64,000 nucleotides of DNA, taken from the IMG/VR virus record IMGVR_UViG_3300007177_000352, positions 1 through 64,000 of that record. One strand, written 5' to 3'. How positions within the stretch are numbered: position 1 is the stretch's first letter; every line of letters begins with the position of its first letter. A model generated the notes under the pieces. It saw nothing but the letters and a program-made list of their open reading frames with translations, was not told where the DNA came from and ran no database searches. This document shows, one piece after another, positions 9,119-18,004 of the stretch. The position numbers and the translations under genes were made by a program. The DNA is from a virus (Duplodnaviria > Caudoviricetes).

Positions 9119-9316
9119 TCATAACAATCTCAAATCGGTTGCATGGGTTTCTATTGGGTCTGGGAACTGCGCATCGCGCAGAATTTGCCAGAGTTTGTCA
9201 GTATCTACAGGTCTGACATCGTCATACCAGTGCTGATACAATGGGTGACTTTTATCTATTCTCACGTCACCTATTGGTGTTCGCATACACGGAAAAGAAG
9301 ATTTATATAAGGTCAT
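9119..9316 (-). CDS. small hypothetical protein
   Basis: ATGA overlap with the ASCH gene stop. Confidence 0.5.
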   Translation of the reverse strand: MTLYKSSFPCMRTPIGDVRIDKSHPLYQHWYDDVRPVDTDKLWQILRDAQFPDPIETHATDLRLL

Positions 9317-9681
9317 GTCCCGAATGTGCCTTTTTGATAATAAAACAACCCTAACTTCCCTTTCATTCTAACAAACTCCACTTCCCGCGGATTTGTGAGT
9401 ACCCAGTGGAATTGGTCTGCTATCGCCCATCTGGACGGGTGATTTTTGACGCAATCCACTAGGTCGACTATTCCTATCACCCCACCGAAGTTGGCATCGG
9501 GGTGGGAGGTTAGAAATTCTTTCTTTTCCTCTTTGCCGCCGTCAAAAGTCAGGGCGGCATGGATGTAAAGTGGACCTCTGTAAGTGGTTGTCCACATTCT
9601 GTTTTCTATGTCCTTCCCCGCCCGTATGATCAGGTGTGCATACGGTTGGCGAATGGACAGGATGGGGTATTGCCAGTTCAA
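9313..9681 (-). CDS. ASCH (PUA-like) domain protein
   Basis: LSIRQPYAHLIIRAGKDIENRMW...YRGPLYIHA, GGVIGIVDLVDC, KGKLGLF. Confidence 0.85.
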   Translation of the reverse strand: MNWQYPILSIRQPYAHLIIRAGKDIENRMWTTTYRGPLYIHAALTFDGGKEEKKEFLTSHPDANFGGVIGIVDLVDCVKNHPSRWAIADQFHWVLTNPREVEFVRMKGKLGLFYYQKGTFGT

Positions 9682-9965
9682 ATTAATTCACTTTCTCTGG
9701 TTAATCTCATTTTGAGAGGTGTCTTGCAGTGTGGACATTCCACCGTGCATTGTTTGGAATTTATCACACCGATTTTGTCGTCAAGTTGAGCCCCGATGGC
9801 CTCATCAATGTACTTATTTGTTAGGTCACACATGAATGTTATGGTCTGCATAACCAGTTCTCGTTCTCTGTTCGTTTGGAGTTGCAACGTTTGTAGGAAC
9901 TCCTGCGACTCTTGTAGCATTTTTTGCTGATATGTCATAGTTTCACCGTTTATCCGCGTAATCAA
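9678..9965 (-). CDS. hypothetical protein with C-terminal CPHC
   Basis: overlapping-stop operon context; true start probably internal (MTYQQ). Confidence 0.45.
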   Translation of the reverse strand: MITRINGETMTYQQKMLQESQEFLQTLQLQTNRERELVMQTITFMCDLTNKYIDEAIGAQLDDKIGVINSKQCTVECPHCKTPLKMRLTRESELI

Positions 9966-10051
9966 AAATCATGGGTTCATCCCATTCTTCAAGGACTAGC
10001 CTCTCATAGTATAGCCACCGACCTCTCTTGTTAGTTCCTCTGCAAACACAA

Positions 10052-10384
10052 TCAGCTACCTCTCTTCGTTCTAAGATACTCTTTTAGAGAGAGTATTGTC
10101 AGTGCGTTTGCAAGTTGATTTAAAATCTCCTTTTCACGGGATAGCCTGTGCTCTTGAGTAAGCACCCCTAATCTAAATATGGCGGCCTCACTTGACCCGC
10201 CTAGATGCTCTCTTAGGATATCAGATGCAAAATCTACTATATCCATGCTACGTCTCTTTGCACGAAAAGCCAAAGCGCCGTATAACTTAGGATAGACTTC
10301 TAATTCCATGTCAAATGGTTGTGCTAACTTAATAGTTACGCAACCTGCCATGTCCATTCCTATCATCTTCTCTGGGTTAAACAT
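10052..10384 (-). CDS. hypothetical protein, possible ribbon-helix-helix/Arc-like regulator
   Basis: LYGALAFRAKRRSMDIVDFASDILREHL resembles helices of RHH proteins; AAAGG SD. Confidence 0.45.
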   Translation of the reverse strand: MFNPEKMIGMDMAGCVTIKLAQPFDMELEVYPKLYGALAFRAKRRSMDIVDFASDILREHLGGSSEAAIFRLGVLTQEHRLSREKEILNQLANALTILSLKEYLRTKRGS

Positions 10385-10455
10385 TTCTCTACCTTTATCT
10401 TATTGGTTTAGCTACTCCAACTCTTTTAGAGAGTTGGAGTAGTGTAGTTAGCTAA

Positions 10456-10587
10456 CTAATACTCCTCCTCCTCATCCAATTCGTCTTCGTCTTCGTCTTC
10501 ATCTTCGTCTTCGTCTTCATCTTCGTTTTCGTCTTCGTCTTCCTGATAACCAGTTGCTACCTTCCGTTTAACATCATTCCACGTCAT
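10456..10587 (-). CDS. 43-aa highly acidic peptide
   Basis: AGAGG SD before ATG 10587; 25 of last 28 residues Asp/Glu, encoded by a GAAGAC/GAAGAT microsatellite. Confidence 0.55.
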   Translation of the reverse strand: MTWNDVKRKVATGYQEDEDENEDEDEDEDEDEDEDELDEEEEY

Positions 10588-10630
10588 AAACTGACCTCTT
10601 AAAGTTAAGTTGAAATTTATACCAAACGAC

Positions 10631-11491
10631 CTAGAACAATGACTTACGCTCAGGTTTCGTTGGCAGTTGTAATTCATTAGGCAATTGCTTATATGCCATA
10701 AGCCGATGCCATTTATAGCCTTCATTGCAAGCTGACCCGACTTGCTTAAAGAAAAACAGAATATCCAAAGCCTGACACTCCTCCATTAAGTCAGTCGCCC
10801 ACTCTACTTGCATTGGCCTTGCCTCTCGTTTTAAAGTCCTTTCGCCTCCACAGACAACCCAGTTGACCTTGCTTAACTCGTCCCTGTTAAATTGAATCCT
10901 ATCTAACATCGGTTCAATGGATAGCCATCTATTCACTGCATTGCACTCATTTAATGAGTGCAGTTTCCAAACTTCCTCTTGATTGCAGACCGACACCCCG
11001 ACCCATAAATTAGGTAAGGATACATCAAACTGCATAAGACCTTTAGGTCGTTTCGTGAGGACAAGAAACTGTTGCTGTGACCTGGATTTGACAAACTTTA
11101 ATACCTCCTCCACTGCCCACTTCGCTTTTTCAAAAGTGAGAGTTTCCACTTTACCACATGACCTCTTTGAACAACTTCCTATGCTAATATCGCCTTCATA
11201 TTTGATAAACACACCTTCATTAGCATTAGCAAATTCTAGCAATCCAAACATATCACCCATGTCGCCAATAAACACCACTCCTTTCTTAGGTACTTGCGGG
11301 TGTAAAATTGCCTCCTCTTTTACGCAAGGCCGGAATCCAATTCCGCTATAATGCACTGATGGATTATGCGAGAACCTTGTTTCAACTATACGCTTGGCAT
11401 AACAGTTTTTGCAACCATCAGAAACTAAGTTTTCACTGCAACCCGTGATGGGATTCCAAGTGTGTTGGCAGTATTCGATTTTCGTTGCCAT
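10631..11491 (-). CDS. phage Gp37/Gp68 (DUF5131) family protein
   Basis: TKIEYCQHTWNPITGCS...GCKNCYAKR, VFIGDMGDMF, FLVLTKRP, WLSIEPML, WVVCGGE, FFFKQVG. Confidence 0.9.
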   Translation of the reverse strand: MATKIEYCQHTWNPITGCSENLVSDGCKNCYAKRIVETRFSHNPSVHYSGIGFRPCVKEEAILHPQVPKKGVVFIGDMGDMFGLLEFANANEGVFIKYEGDISIGSCSKRSCGKVETLTFEKAKWAVEEVLKFVKSRSQQQFLVLTKRPKGLMQFDVSLPNLWVGVSVCNQEEVWKLHSLNECNAVNRWLSIEPMLDRIQFNRDELSKVNWVVCGGERTLKREARPMQVEWATDLMEECQALDILFFFKQVGSACNEGYKWHRLMAYKQLPNELQLPTKPERKSLF

Positions 11492-11602
11492 TACGTCACC
11501 ATATTAAAAAGAGCCGGCGACCTAAACCGCCGGCTAAACCAACCACATACATAAGGAGAATTTCAACACTACCAAAGGTATACCAAAGTCTTTAAACTCG
11601 GC

Positions 11603-11914
11603 CTATTCGCTGGCAACAAACGATTGCAGATAGGCTATGAGGATAGCTTTGTTAGGGAGCTTCTGTCTACCCCGTACAAATTCTATAAGGGCGTCCACCG
11701 TAACCCACTGCATACCGTCACCATCATTGATATAGTTGATTTCTGGAAGCAACCTCTTAGTCACTTCCTCCGCGCTTATCTTTAGTGCGTTTTCAATACT
11801 ACCGGCCGCTACACAAGGCATAGTGACTTCGCATACTTGCATGTTTTGCACTGGCAAAATCTTACTCATTGCAACAATAGTTGCATCCAATTGTTGTTTT
11901 GTCATTTTTGTCAT
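11603..11914 (-). CDS. hypothetical protein
   Basis: 103-aa ORF with GAGG SD, followed by GCCGGCG hairpin terminator at ~11507-11540. Confidence 0.55.
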   Translation of the reverse strand: MTKMTKQQLDATIVAMSKILPVQNMQVCEVTMPCVAAGSIENALKISAEEVTKRLLPEINYINDGDGMQWVTVDALIEFVRGRQKLPNKAILIAYLQSFVASE

Positions 11915-12027
11915 TACTTTGACCTCATTTCAGTTTAGTTGCTTGTGAATTATACTTATATACTATCAAATCCCATGCCAAACAAAAAAATCAGTAAAAT
12001 CATATTGTTATATATCAATCGATTTAA

Positions 12028-12066
12028 TAAAAAAAACGTCTATACAAAAAAATGTATAGACGTTTA
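12028..12066 (-). terminator. intrinsic terminator of the FtsK-like operon
   Basis: AAACGTCTATACA/TGTATAGACGTTT stem, long A-tract on left. Confidence 0.75.
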
Positions 12067-12070
12067 TTAA

Positions 12071-14122
12071 TTACTGTACTTTAGATGCAATAAGTGCGAT
12101 ATATTTATCAATCAGTGCATCATTCTTAGTAAAATCCGTACTGAAGACCGGCGTATGTATCCTTTGCACACTCGCCCCCTGTTTCAACAAAGCGTCGCCG
12201 ACATTGACGAGCTTCTCCGCCGGGAAGTTACTACCACCGAATGTCACCGCGTCCTTTTGAGAGTCAAGGTGAAATGATAGCTTATTAGACTCCTCGAAGA
12301 GTGCCTTTCCTGCGTTACTACCAGTAGGCCCAAACATTCCTTTGGTTGCAAAAGTACCCACTGAATAAAAGAACATCCCGTACTTACGTCCAGTGGTGAC
12401 AATCCCAGCGATAAGAGACCCTAACCGTTCCCGCGTCGCCTTCTCATTAAACAATGCGCCTACCTCCTCTAAGACGATAAACACGATTGGTTTAGCAGGC
12501 TTCCCGTCCTTCATTAGATGTTGATTTACACTGGTGATATGCTGACACTTATACTTTTTCAGTAAAGCGACACGATCCTTGAGTTCCTTATCAAGGTACT
12601 CCAACATCTTGACCGACTCAAGTTGAGAGTTTGCTATGTCCTGTACAAACTTCCCTTGCAACGGGCTATATTTCATAGCGGTGGCGCCGTTGACATCACT
12701 GATATAGTAAGCCACCGGAGTAGCTGACTTGATAGACCACAGCATCTGGTAAATCAACATAGAGTGCAATAAGCTACTTTTGCCACTCCCTTTCTTACCT
12801 ACAATCAACAAATCCTGGAGTGCAAAAGCGCACTTTTGAACTGGCTTGCCTTCGGTATCAATCCCAAGTAACAAAGGGAACTTAATACCATCCTCCAATA
12901 CCTTGATACGCCCCTGAACCAAGTCCTTAAATAAAACCACGCTTCTTAATTGCGGTGGCTTATTTACAGAATAGACATACTCGCCACCGGACGTATCAAA
13001 GGATACATCCGTCTTATTGACCTGCATCAGCCTAGCAAGTTCCTTTTCAGCCTCCTTCCAAGTCTTATCTTGACCAATAGATGCCGTAGCTGGCGTCATT
13101 GAGAATCGCCATGTAAAAGGGCCATCAGTGAGACGGAGGTTATCAAAGCCCAATCCTAGCGTAATCAATCCGTCCCGGATTTTATCCGTGGTGCTAATAG
13201 AGGTGACAGTAGCCAGTTTAGTATTAGCTGGTTTAGCTAGTGGTTTATCAACTGTTACTGCCTCCTCCTTATGCTTTAGGGGAGTCACTGGTTTAGGACT
13301 TGGACTTGGTTTTACTATATCCTGTAATACTGGTATTTCAACATCATCAAAAGCTATCCCAGTCGGGTGGTTGGCCTGCATATTGGGCGTTGGTGCGTGC
13401 GTGTTGACGTTGTTGATTACCTCCTCCTCCGCCACCGCCGTGGTTGTTGCCTTGATTGCCATTTGACCTTGACGGTGTTGAATGTATCCCTTGACTGCGC
13501 TCCTCACCTCCTCTACCTTGATGAGTAACGGACGGGAGGATAGTTTTTTTTTTACTACATTATCAACCTTGTGGACTATTGGCGCCATCCTTTTGCCATA
13601 TAAGTCATAGTTGAATAAGTAATGACTAAGAATACATACAGCCAGTAAAGCTAAGAAGACCATGCCAATCAGAGTCATGTTGACGCCGAACCAGTCCACT
13701 GGGTAAATCCACACTTGACCTACCACATTCAACATATTCCCGTTCATATCCGTTGGAATATGAAGATGATTCTTGAGTATCATAATCACCTCATATCCAG
13801 ATACAAAGAATTGGATAACGAAAGTGGTAATCCCGGCTTTTAAGAGAATAGATAGATTCTCCCCTAGTGTGAAAATCGCTTGCATGGCACCCATCCAAAA
13901 TACCACGCTAAAAAGGAAAATGAATATGTGTAGGTAATACCTACCAAATAGCATTTCAAGAGTCATGTAAACTGGCATGGCCAGCGACCCAACGTCCCCT
14001 GGGGGAGCTGATAGCATAATGGCATTATGCAGAAAGTTCATACCAAAAAAGAACCAAAGTGAAAACCAAGTGACCAACGCGGCCGCAACCCACACAAAAA
14101 TAGTTTCGCCATTTGTTTTCAT
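12071..14122 (-). CDS. FtsK/SpoIIIE-like ATPase with N-terminal transmembrane segments
   Basis: several hydrophobic helices in aa 1-170, Pro-rich linker, FPLLLGIDTEGKP, Walker A GKKGSGKS, Walker B IVLEEVGAL, GRKYGM; no obvious C-terminal gamma domain. Confidence 0.8.
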   Translation of the reverse strand: MKTNGETIFVWVAAALVTWFSLWFFFGMNFLHNAIMLSAPPGDVGSLAMPVYMTLEMLFGRYYLHIFIFLFSVVFWMGAMQAIFTLGENLSILLKAGITTFVIQFFVSGYEVIMILKNHLHIPTDMNGNMLNVVGQVWIYPVDWFGVNMTLIGMVFLALLAVCILSHYLFNYDLYGKRMAPIVHKVDNVVKKKLSSRPLLIKVEEVRSAVKGYIQHRQGQMAIKATTTAVAEEEVINNVNTHAPTPNMQANHPTGIAFDDVEIPVLQDIVKPSPSPKPVTPLKHKEEAVTVDKPLAKPANTKLATVTSISTTDKIRDGLITLGLGFDNLRLTDGPFTWRFSMTPATASIGQDKTWKEAEKELARLMQVNKTDVSFDTSGGEYVYSVNKPPQLRSVVLFKDLVQGRIKVLEDGIKFPLLLGIDTEGKPVQKCAFALQDLLIVGKKGSGKSSLLHSMLIYQMLWSIKSATPVAYYISDVNGATAMKYSPLQGKFVQDIANSQLESVKMLEYLDKELKDRVALLKKYKCQHITSVNQHLMKDGKPAKPIVFIVLEEVGALFNEKATRERLGSLIAGIVTTGRKYGMFFYSVGTFATKGMFGPTGSNAGKALFEESNKLSFHLDSQKDAVTFGGSNFPAEKLVNVGDALLKQGASVQRIHTPVFSTDFTKNDALIDKYIALIASKVQ

Positions 14123-14134
14123 ACTCCACCTCCT

Positions 14135-14734
14135 CTAATAATAATGATGAACGTGCGTATGTCCCTTCCCCCGTCCGGCAACTCGCCTGTGACCAGCATT
14201 GGGTGGGTAGACAAAGTAACTCAGCAACACGATGCCCAGGCCCATGCTTGCTATCATAGTAGCTATGATAGCAAGCATGTGTTCCTCCACAGACCAAGTA
14301 GGTCTAAGATTCAGCGACTCCTCAATGAGGTAATCTAAGACGGCTTTACCTACAAGCCCGGCGGAGTTGACCACCTCTGCACTGTTAATTGAATACGAGT
14401 ACCCAAAGTACCCATATCCGATGGTGGTTGGAATAGCACCGGCTTGTGAATAAATATTCCAAGCACCTAAGATAACAGCGATGGCCACTGCAAACATTGC
14501 AAACACGGCGACAACCAAAAAGCGCGTTCCTGCTTTTGAGTGTGAGAACATAATAATGAACGCGAGCGCGGTTAACATAGGGACGACATATCCGGCCCCG
14601 CCGAGTAACAAAACCAGTACCCTTAACAGGGGTTCAAAGTATCCTCCTAACATAGCGGCGTACACTGCAAAACTACCTACCAAAAAGACCGCGGTGGCTT
14701 GTGAAAAAAAATTTTTTTGCGATTCCAGTATCAT
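14135..14734 (-). CDS. polytopic membrane protein, co-transcribed with the FtsK-like gene
   Basis: about 4 hydrophobic helices; AGAGG SD before ATG 14734. Confidence 0.7.
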   Translation of the reverse strand: MILESQKNFFSQATAVFLVGSFAVYAAMLGGYFEPLLRVLVLLLGGAGYVVPMLTALAFIIMFSHSKAGTRFLVVAVFAMFAVAIAVILGAWNIYSQAGAIPTTIGYGYFGYSYSINSAEVVNSAGLVGKAVLDYLIEESLNLRPTWSVEEHMLAIIATMIASMGLGIVLLSYFVYPPNAGHRRVAGRGKGHTHVHHYY

Positions 14735-14776
14735 AATACCTCTTAAAACTCGTTTAGAAACAGCTAGTTGAATGAC

Positions 14777-14905
14777 GTTGAGAAAATTTGCGAAAATTTT
14801 TCGCAACCTTTCGCAGGTTGACAAAAGTTTTCACTATCTGCTATTATTTTACACAAGTTGAGAAAAGTTTTCTCAACCTGCTAAAATTATTGCATACGAA
14901 ATTTT
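14777..14905. promoter_or_regulatory. parC-like centromere/operator with embedded parMR promoter
   Basis: clustered GTTGAGAAAA/TTTTCTCAAC and TTGCGAAAA/TTTTCGCAA inverted repeats; TTGACA (14818)-18 bp-TATTAT; directly upstream of actin-like ATPase. Confidence 0.65.
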
Positions 14906-14943
14906 TAAAGTCAAGAAACGACACAAAAAAGAGGAAAAACATA

Positions 14944-16143
14944 ATGACAGACAAGCTGAAAGGAATACAAAATGAAAGCGTATCAATCCCATTTATTCAA
15001 AATGGGTTGCGTAACCAGAATACTATTTTCGTAGGTTGCGACCCAGGTAATGGTGTCACCAAGGTCGTCCTCATGACACTGGGTAGCAACAATCGCTATC
15101 GTATTACTCACGTAAGCATACCTTCATTGGTATCAATGGGTGCGTTATCCGAAGCTGACTTTATTACCAATGAACAGCTCCTTGATAGTTTAATAGAGAT
15201 AGTGGACTCTAACAACCAGTCCTATATCGTTGCGCAGGACTTATCGGTAAGCGGGCTTGATATGACTTCCCTACCGACGGGTTCATTGTTCTATCAATCT
15301 AGTCCGGCTCGCGGCGCCCTGGTTCAAGCAGGTATCATCAAGGCACTGAAAGAGTTAGGCGACCCGAATGCAAGTGGTAAAGAGTACACTGCGTTTCTAG
15401 GTTGCACGATGATGGCTGGTCTGTATTGGGAAGGGAACGGATTAACTAAGAATAACGGAAAGATTGCGGAGGTTGCGTCGTCTTTAGGTGCCTCTTATCG
15501 TGCGGCCCCAACTGGTTATCCAATAGTCCGTTACCGTCGCGCCGAAGTCTTCGCAGAAACACTAGCGGCGGCATTATCGGTGTTGCTAGATTGCAACGGG
15601 GACAGAATAGGTGAGTATGAGAATGGCAGTACATTAGCATTCATAGACGTAGGTCATACTGACACAGTGTTATTAACCGTCAAGGTAATGAATGGTCTCC
15701 CCAAAATCCTAAGTCGGCGAACGGTGGATATAGGCATGGATAAACTGGTTATCCGTCCAATAGCCAACAAGCTATCGCATATTACTAACAGCGGGGTAGA
15801 AGGTGGGTTGCATCTACTTTACAATACAATCTATCGTCACCGCGGTAAGAAGATAGACCTGACTCCACTGAAAAAAGACGCCGTGATTGGGTTAAACGCC
15901 CAAGTGCTAGGTTACTTGAATAAGGTGGTAGGAAGGGGGGATAACCACGAGGCCACCTACCTAGTCGGCGGCTTCCCACAAATAGCGACTGAGTTATTCG
16001 GTCCCAGCTTCTTTAAAGAGAGTGGCTGGGATGGGATATACAACCTCACCATCCCTGAGAATCCGTCCTACGTGAATGCCCAGGGTGCATTAAATGCCAT
16101 GATGGCGAGACTAAGAGAAACAGAAACCAAGGTAGCCAGATAA
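14944..16143 (+). CDS. ParM/StbA-like actin-family partition ATPase
   Basis: phosphate-1 GCDPGNGVTKV, phosphate-2 FIDVGHTDT, adenosine LVGGFP, connect NAQGAL; GAGGA SD before ATG 14944. Confidence 0.8.
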   Translation: MTDKLKGIQNESVSIPFIQNGLRNQNTIFVGCDPGNGVTKVVLMTLGSNNRYRITHVSIPSLVSMGALSEADFITNEQLLDSLIEIVDSNNQSYIVAQDLSVSGLDMTSLPTGSLFYQSSPARGALVQAGIIKALKELGDPNASGKEYTAFLGCTMMAGLYWEGNGLTKNNGKIAEVASSLGASYRAAPTGYPIVRYRRAEVFAETLAAALSVLLDCNGDRIGEYENGSTLAFIDVGHTDTVLLTVKVMNGLPKILSRRTVDIGMDKLVIRPIANKLSHITNSGVEGGLHLLYNTIYRHRGKKIDLTPLKKDAVIGLNAQVLGYLNKVVGRGDNHEATYLVGGFPQIATELFGPSFFKESGWDGIYNLTIPENPSYVNAQGALNAMMARLRETETKVAR

Positions 16144-16553
16144 TGAAGAAGACCGCGAAACCCACACCCAAACGCAAAGGAGGTGCGAAAGTGAGACGAG
16201 TCACGATTACGTTTTACACGGAGAAGAAGCCGCGTGACCAGTTGATATGCCACTTCTTAGACAAGCAAGGTGTATCAACAAGTGAGGCATTGCATAGTAC
16301 GTTACTAGAATGCGCACTGCAAAACGCCCGCGACATAGCAAAAGAAGTATACGGCTTGCCAGAGAGTCGTATCAAGCACCTAACGCCAGTGGAATTGCTT
16401 ACCATCATCAAAGGCGAGTGGTACGAAAATAAACCGGCATCTAGGGTGGTAAAAGAGACGACTCACTTACCACAAAATATGCCACTAACAGACAGAGGAC
16501 AACGCAATGAAGAAGATGAAGATAGCGGTAGCTACGGTATTGATGATTTATAA
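16143..16553 (+). CDS. ParR/StbB-like DNA-binding adaptor
   Basis: small basic protein coupled (TAATG) to ParM; beta-strand RVTITFY then helices; acidic unstructured tail. Confidence 0.6.
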   Translation: MKKTAKPTPKRKGGAKVRRVTITFYTEKKPRDQLICHFLDKQGVSTSEALHSTLLECALQNARDIAKEVYGLPESRIKHLTPVELLTIIKGEWYENKPASRVVKETTHLPQNMPLTDRGQRNEEDEDSGSYGIDDL

Positions 16554-17295
16554 CGTTGCAGAGGCGGGTGACTGGGTAATTTGCCAAACACCCACTGGAG
16601 GGACGACGTTTTGTAGAGGGAACACTCCTCCCCCTGCGCAAGCACTCTCTACAGTTCCAGCTACACAAGCGGTGTTGCCACAAACTCCAGCGCCGCAGAT
16701 GGTGACAGGAACTATCATAGGAGGAACTGACCAACAACCAGATTGGTGCCGTAATGGCAAACCACAGAATCCAACTGAGACTGTGATATGTAGTACGCAA
16801 ACCTTATGGGCATGGGATAAGGCGTATAACACGGTGTGGAGGAATACACCTAAAAGCGCGAGACCTGATGGCATGGTGGCGCTAAGAGACCGAAACCAAT
16901 ATACTCAGCCTGGCCAGATTATCGCGTGGTATCAATCTGCACTCAGCCAGCTAAACACTGGCCAAGTAGCACAAGCGGCTGAGTCAAGTGGAGGAGGCAG
17001 TGCGATTAAATGGTGCGACAAATCTAACCTCAATGAGGCGGAACGCAATCTCTGCAAACTAGCGGAGTCAGTGCCGGCATTGGCCTCTTATGAAGAGCAG
17101 ATAAATAATGCTTACAAGGCATACAAAAACAAAAACGCTTCTCGTTGGGCACAAGAGAAGCAAAAGCAAAGGACGTGGTTAGAACAAAGGAATACGTTCC
17201 TACTCAGTATAGGTCAGGCCGACCCACAAGTAGCGGCGACTCAACTCATACAGTTATATCAGAAAAGAATAGCTGAATTGCAACCGCAACCATAA
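16507..17295 (+). CDS. secreted protein with two LprI-like (lysozyme inhibitor-like) repeats
   Basis: signal peptide (..VAEA); two C..(N/P)..E..(I/L)C...L...Y...Q..WL..RN-type units. Confidence 0.55.
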   Translation: MKKMKIAVATVLMIYNVAEAGDWVICQTPTGGTTFCRGNTPPPAQALSTVPATQAVLPQTPAPQMVTGTIIGGTDQQPDWCRNGKPQNPTETVICSTQTLWAWDKAYNTVWRNTPKSARPDGMVALRDRNQYTQPGQIIAWYQSALSQLNTGQVAQAAESSGGGSAIKWCDKSNLNEAERNLCKLAESVPALASYEEQINNAYKAYKNKNASRWAQEKQKQRTWLEQRNTFLLSIGQADPQVAATQLIQLYQKRIAELQPQP

Positions 17296-17341
17296 ACAGA
17301 CACATAAACAGACAAGAGCTAGATAAAAAGAGGAGTATGAT

Positions 17342-18004
17342 ATGAATCAAACAACGAGCTTACTATTGATTATCATACTCCTCCTTTTATCGTTGCTAGT
17401 GGATATAAATACTGATAGCACGAATAGCGTCAAAGCTAATATTTCATACAATAGCGTCAAAGCTAATATTTCATACAATAGCGTCAAAGCTAATATTTCA
17501 TATACTGATAGATTTATCAGTGGGGTTGGATACATAGGGTCGGGTAACATGAAAACGTTACTCAGTAAATATGAAGGCTATCGCAACTGCAAATATAGTG
17601 ACACGAAAGGTATAGCAACGATTGGCATAGGTTGGAATTTAGAATCAAACTCCGGGACGACTGGGCGACTGATAGGAATTAACTGGCCTAATTGCATAAA
17701 TGATGGTCAGGTCAATACGCTGTATGAATACAGTGTGAAGCGGGCGACAGAAGAACTCTACGATTACCTACCATGGGCGAGACAGCTACCCAATGGAGTC
17801 CGTGACGTATTAGTGAGAATGTCTTTTAATATGGGGATAGGTAATTCAAGCCGCGGTTTACTGAGTTTTAAGAATACCTTAGAGTTGCTAAAGAGAGGTG
17901 ACTATCAAGGAGCGGCGAATGGGTTTAGAAATTCACAATGGTGTCGTGATGTGAAGACCACACGATGCAATGAGGAAACAGCCAGAATAGCAAGGGGTGA
18001 ATAA
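17342..18004 (+). CDS. T4-type (GH24) lysozyme/endolysin with N-terminal signal-anchor
   Basis: YEGYRNCKYSDTKGIATIGIGWNL (E...D...T triad), RDVLVRMSFNMG, NSQWCRDVK..R; hydrophobic LLLIIILLLLSLL N-terminus. Confidence 0.85.
   Translation: MNQTTSLLLIIILLLLSLLVDINTDSTNSVKANISYNSVKANISYNSVKANISYTDRFISGVGYIGSGNMKTLLSKYEGYRNCKYSDTKGIATIGIGWNLESNSGTTGRLIGINWPNCINDGQVNTLYEYSVKRATEELYDYLPWARQLPNGVRDVLVRMSFNMGIGNSSRGLLSFKNTLELLKRGDYQGAANGFRNSQWCRDVKTTRCNEETARIARGE
17423..17503. repeat. 27-bp tandem repeat x3 (NSVKANISY) in lysozyme linker
   Basis: AATAGCGTCAAAGCTAATATTTCATAC at 17423, 17450, 17477. Confidence 0.95.

Noticed and set aside
11965-11980. Minus-strand TGGCAT-N5-TTGA as a sigma54 promoter (also at 46702-46717)
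   Set aside because: Both lack the conserved GC at -12; the first also fits a sigma70 arrangement. Kept only as weak candidates.
14788-14943. N-terminal extension of ParM and the overlapping start of the opposite ORF (to 14824)
   Set aside because: Region is the repeat/promoter cluster; SD-supported starts are 14944 and 14734.
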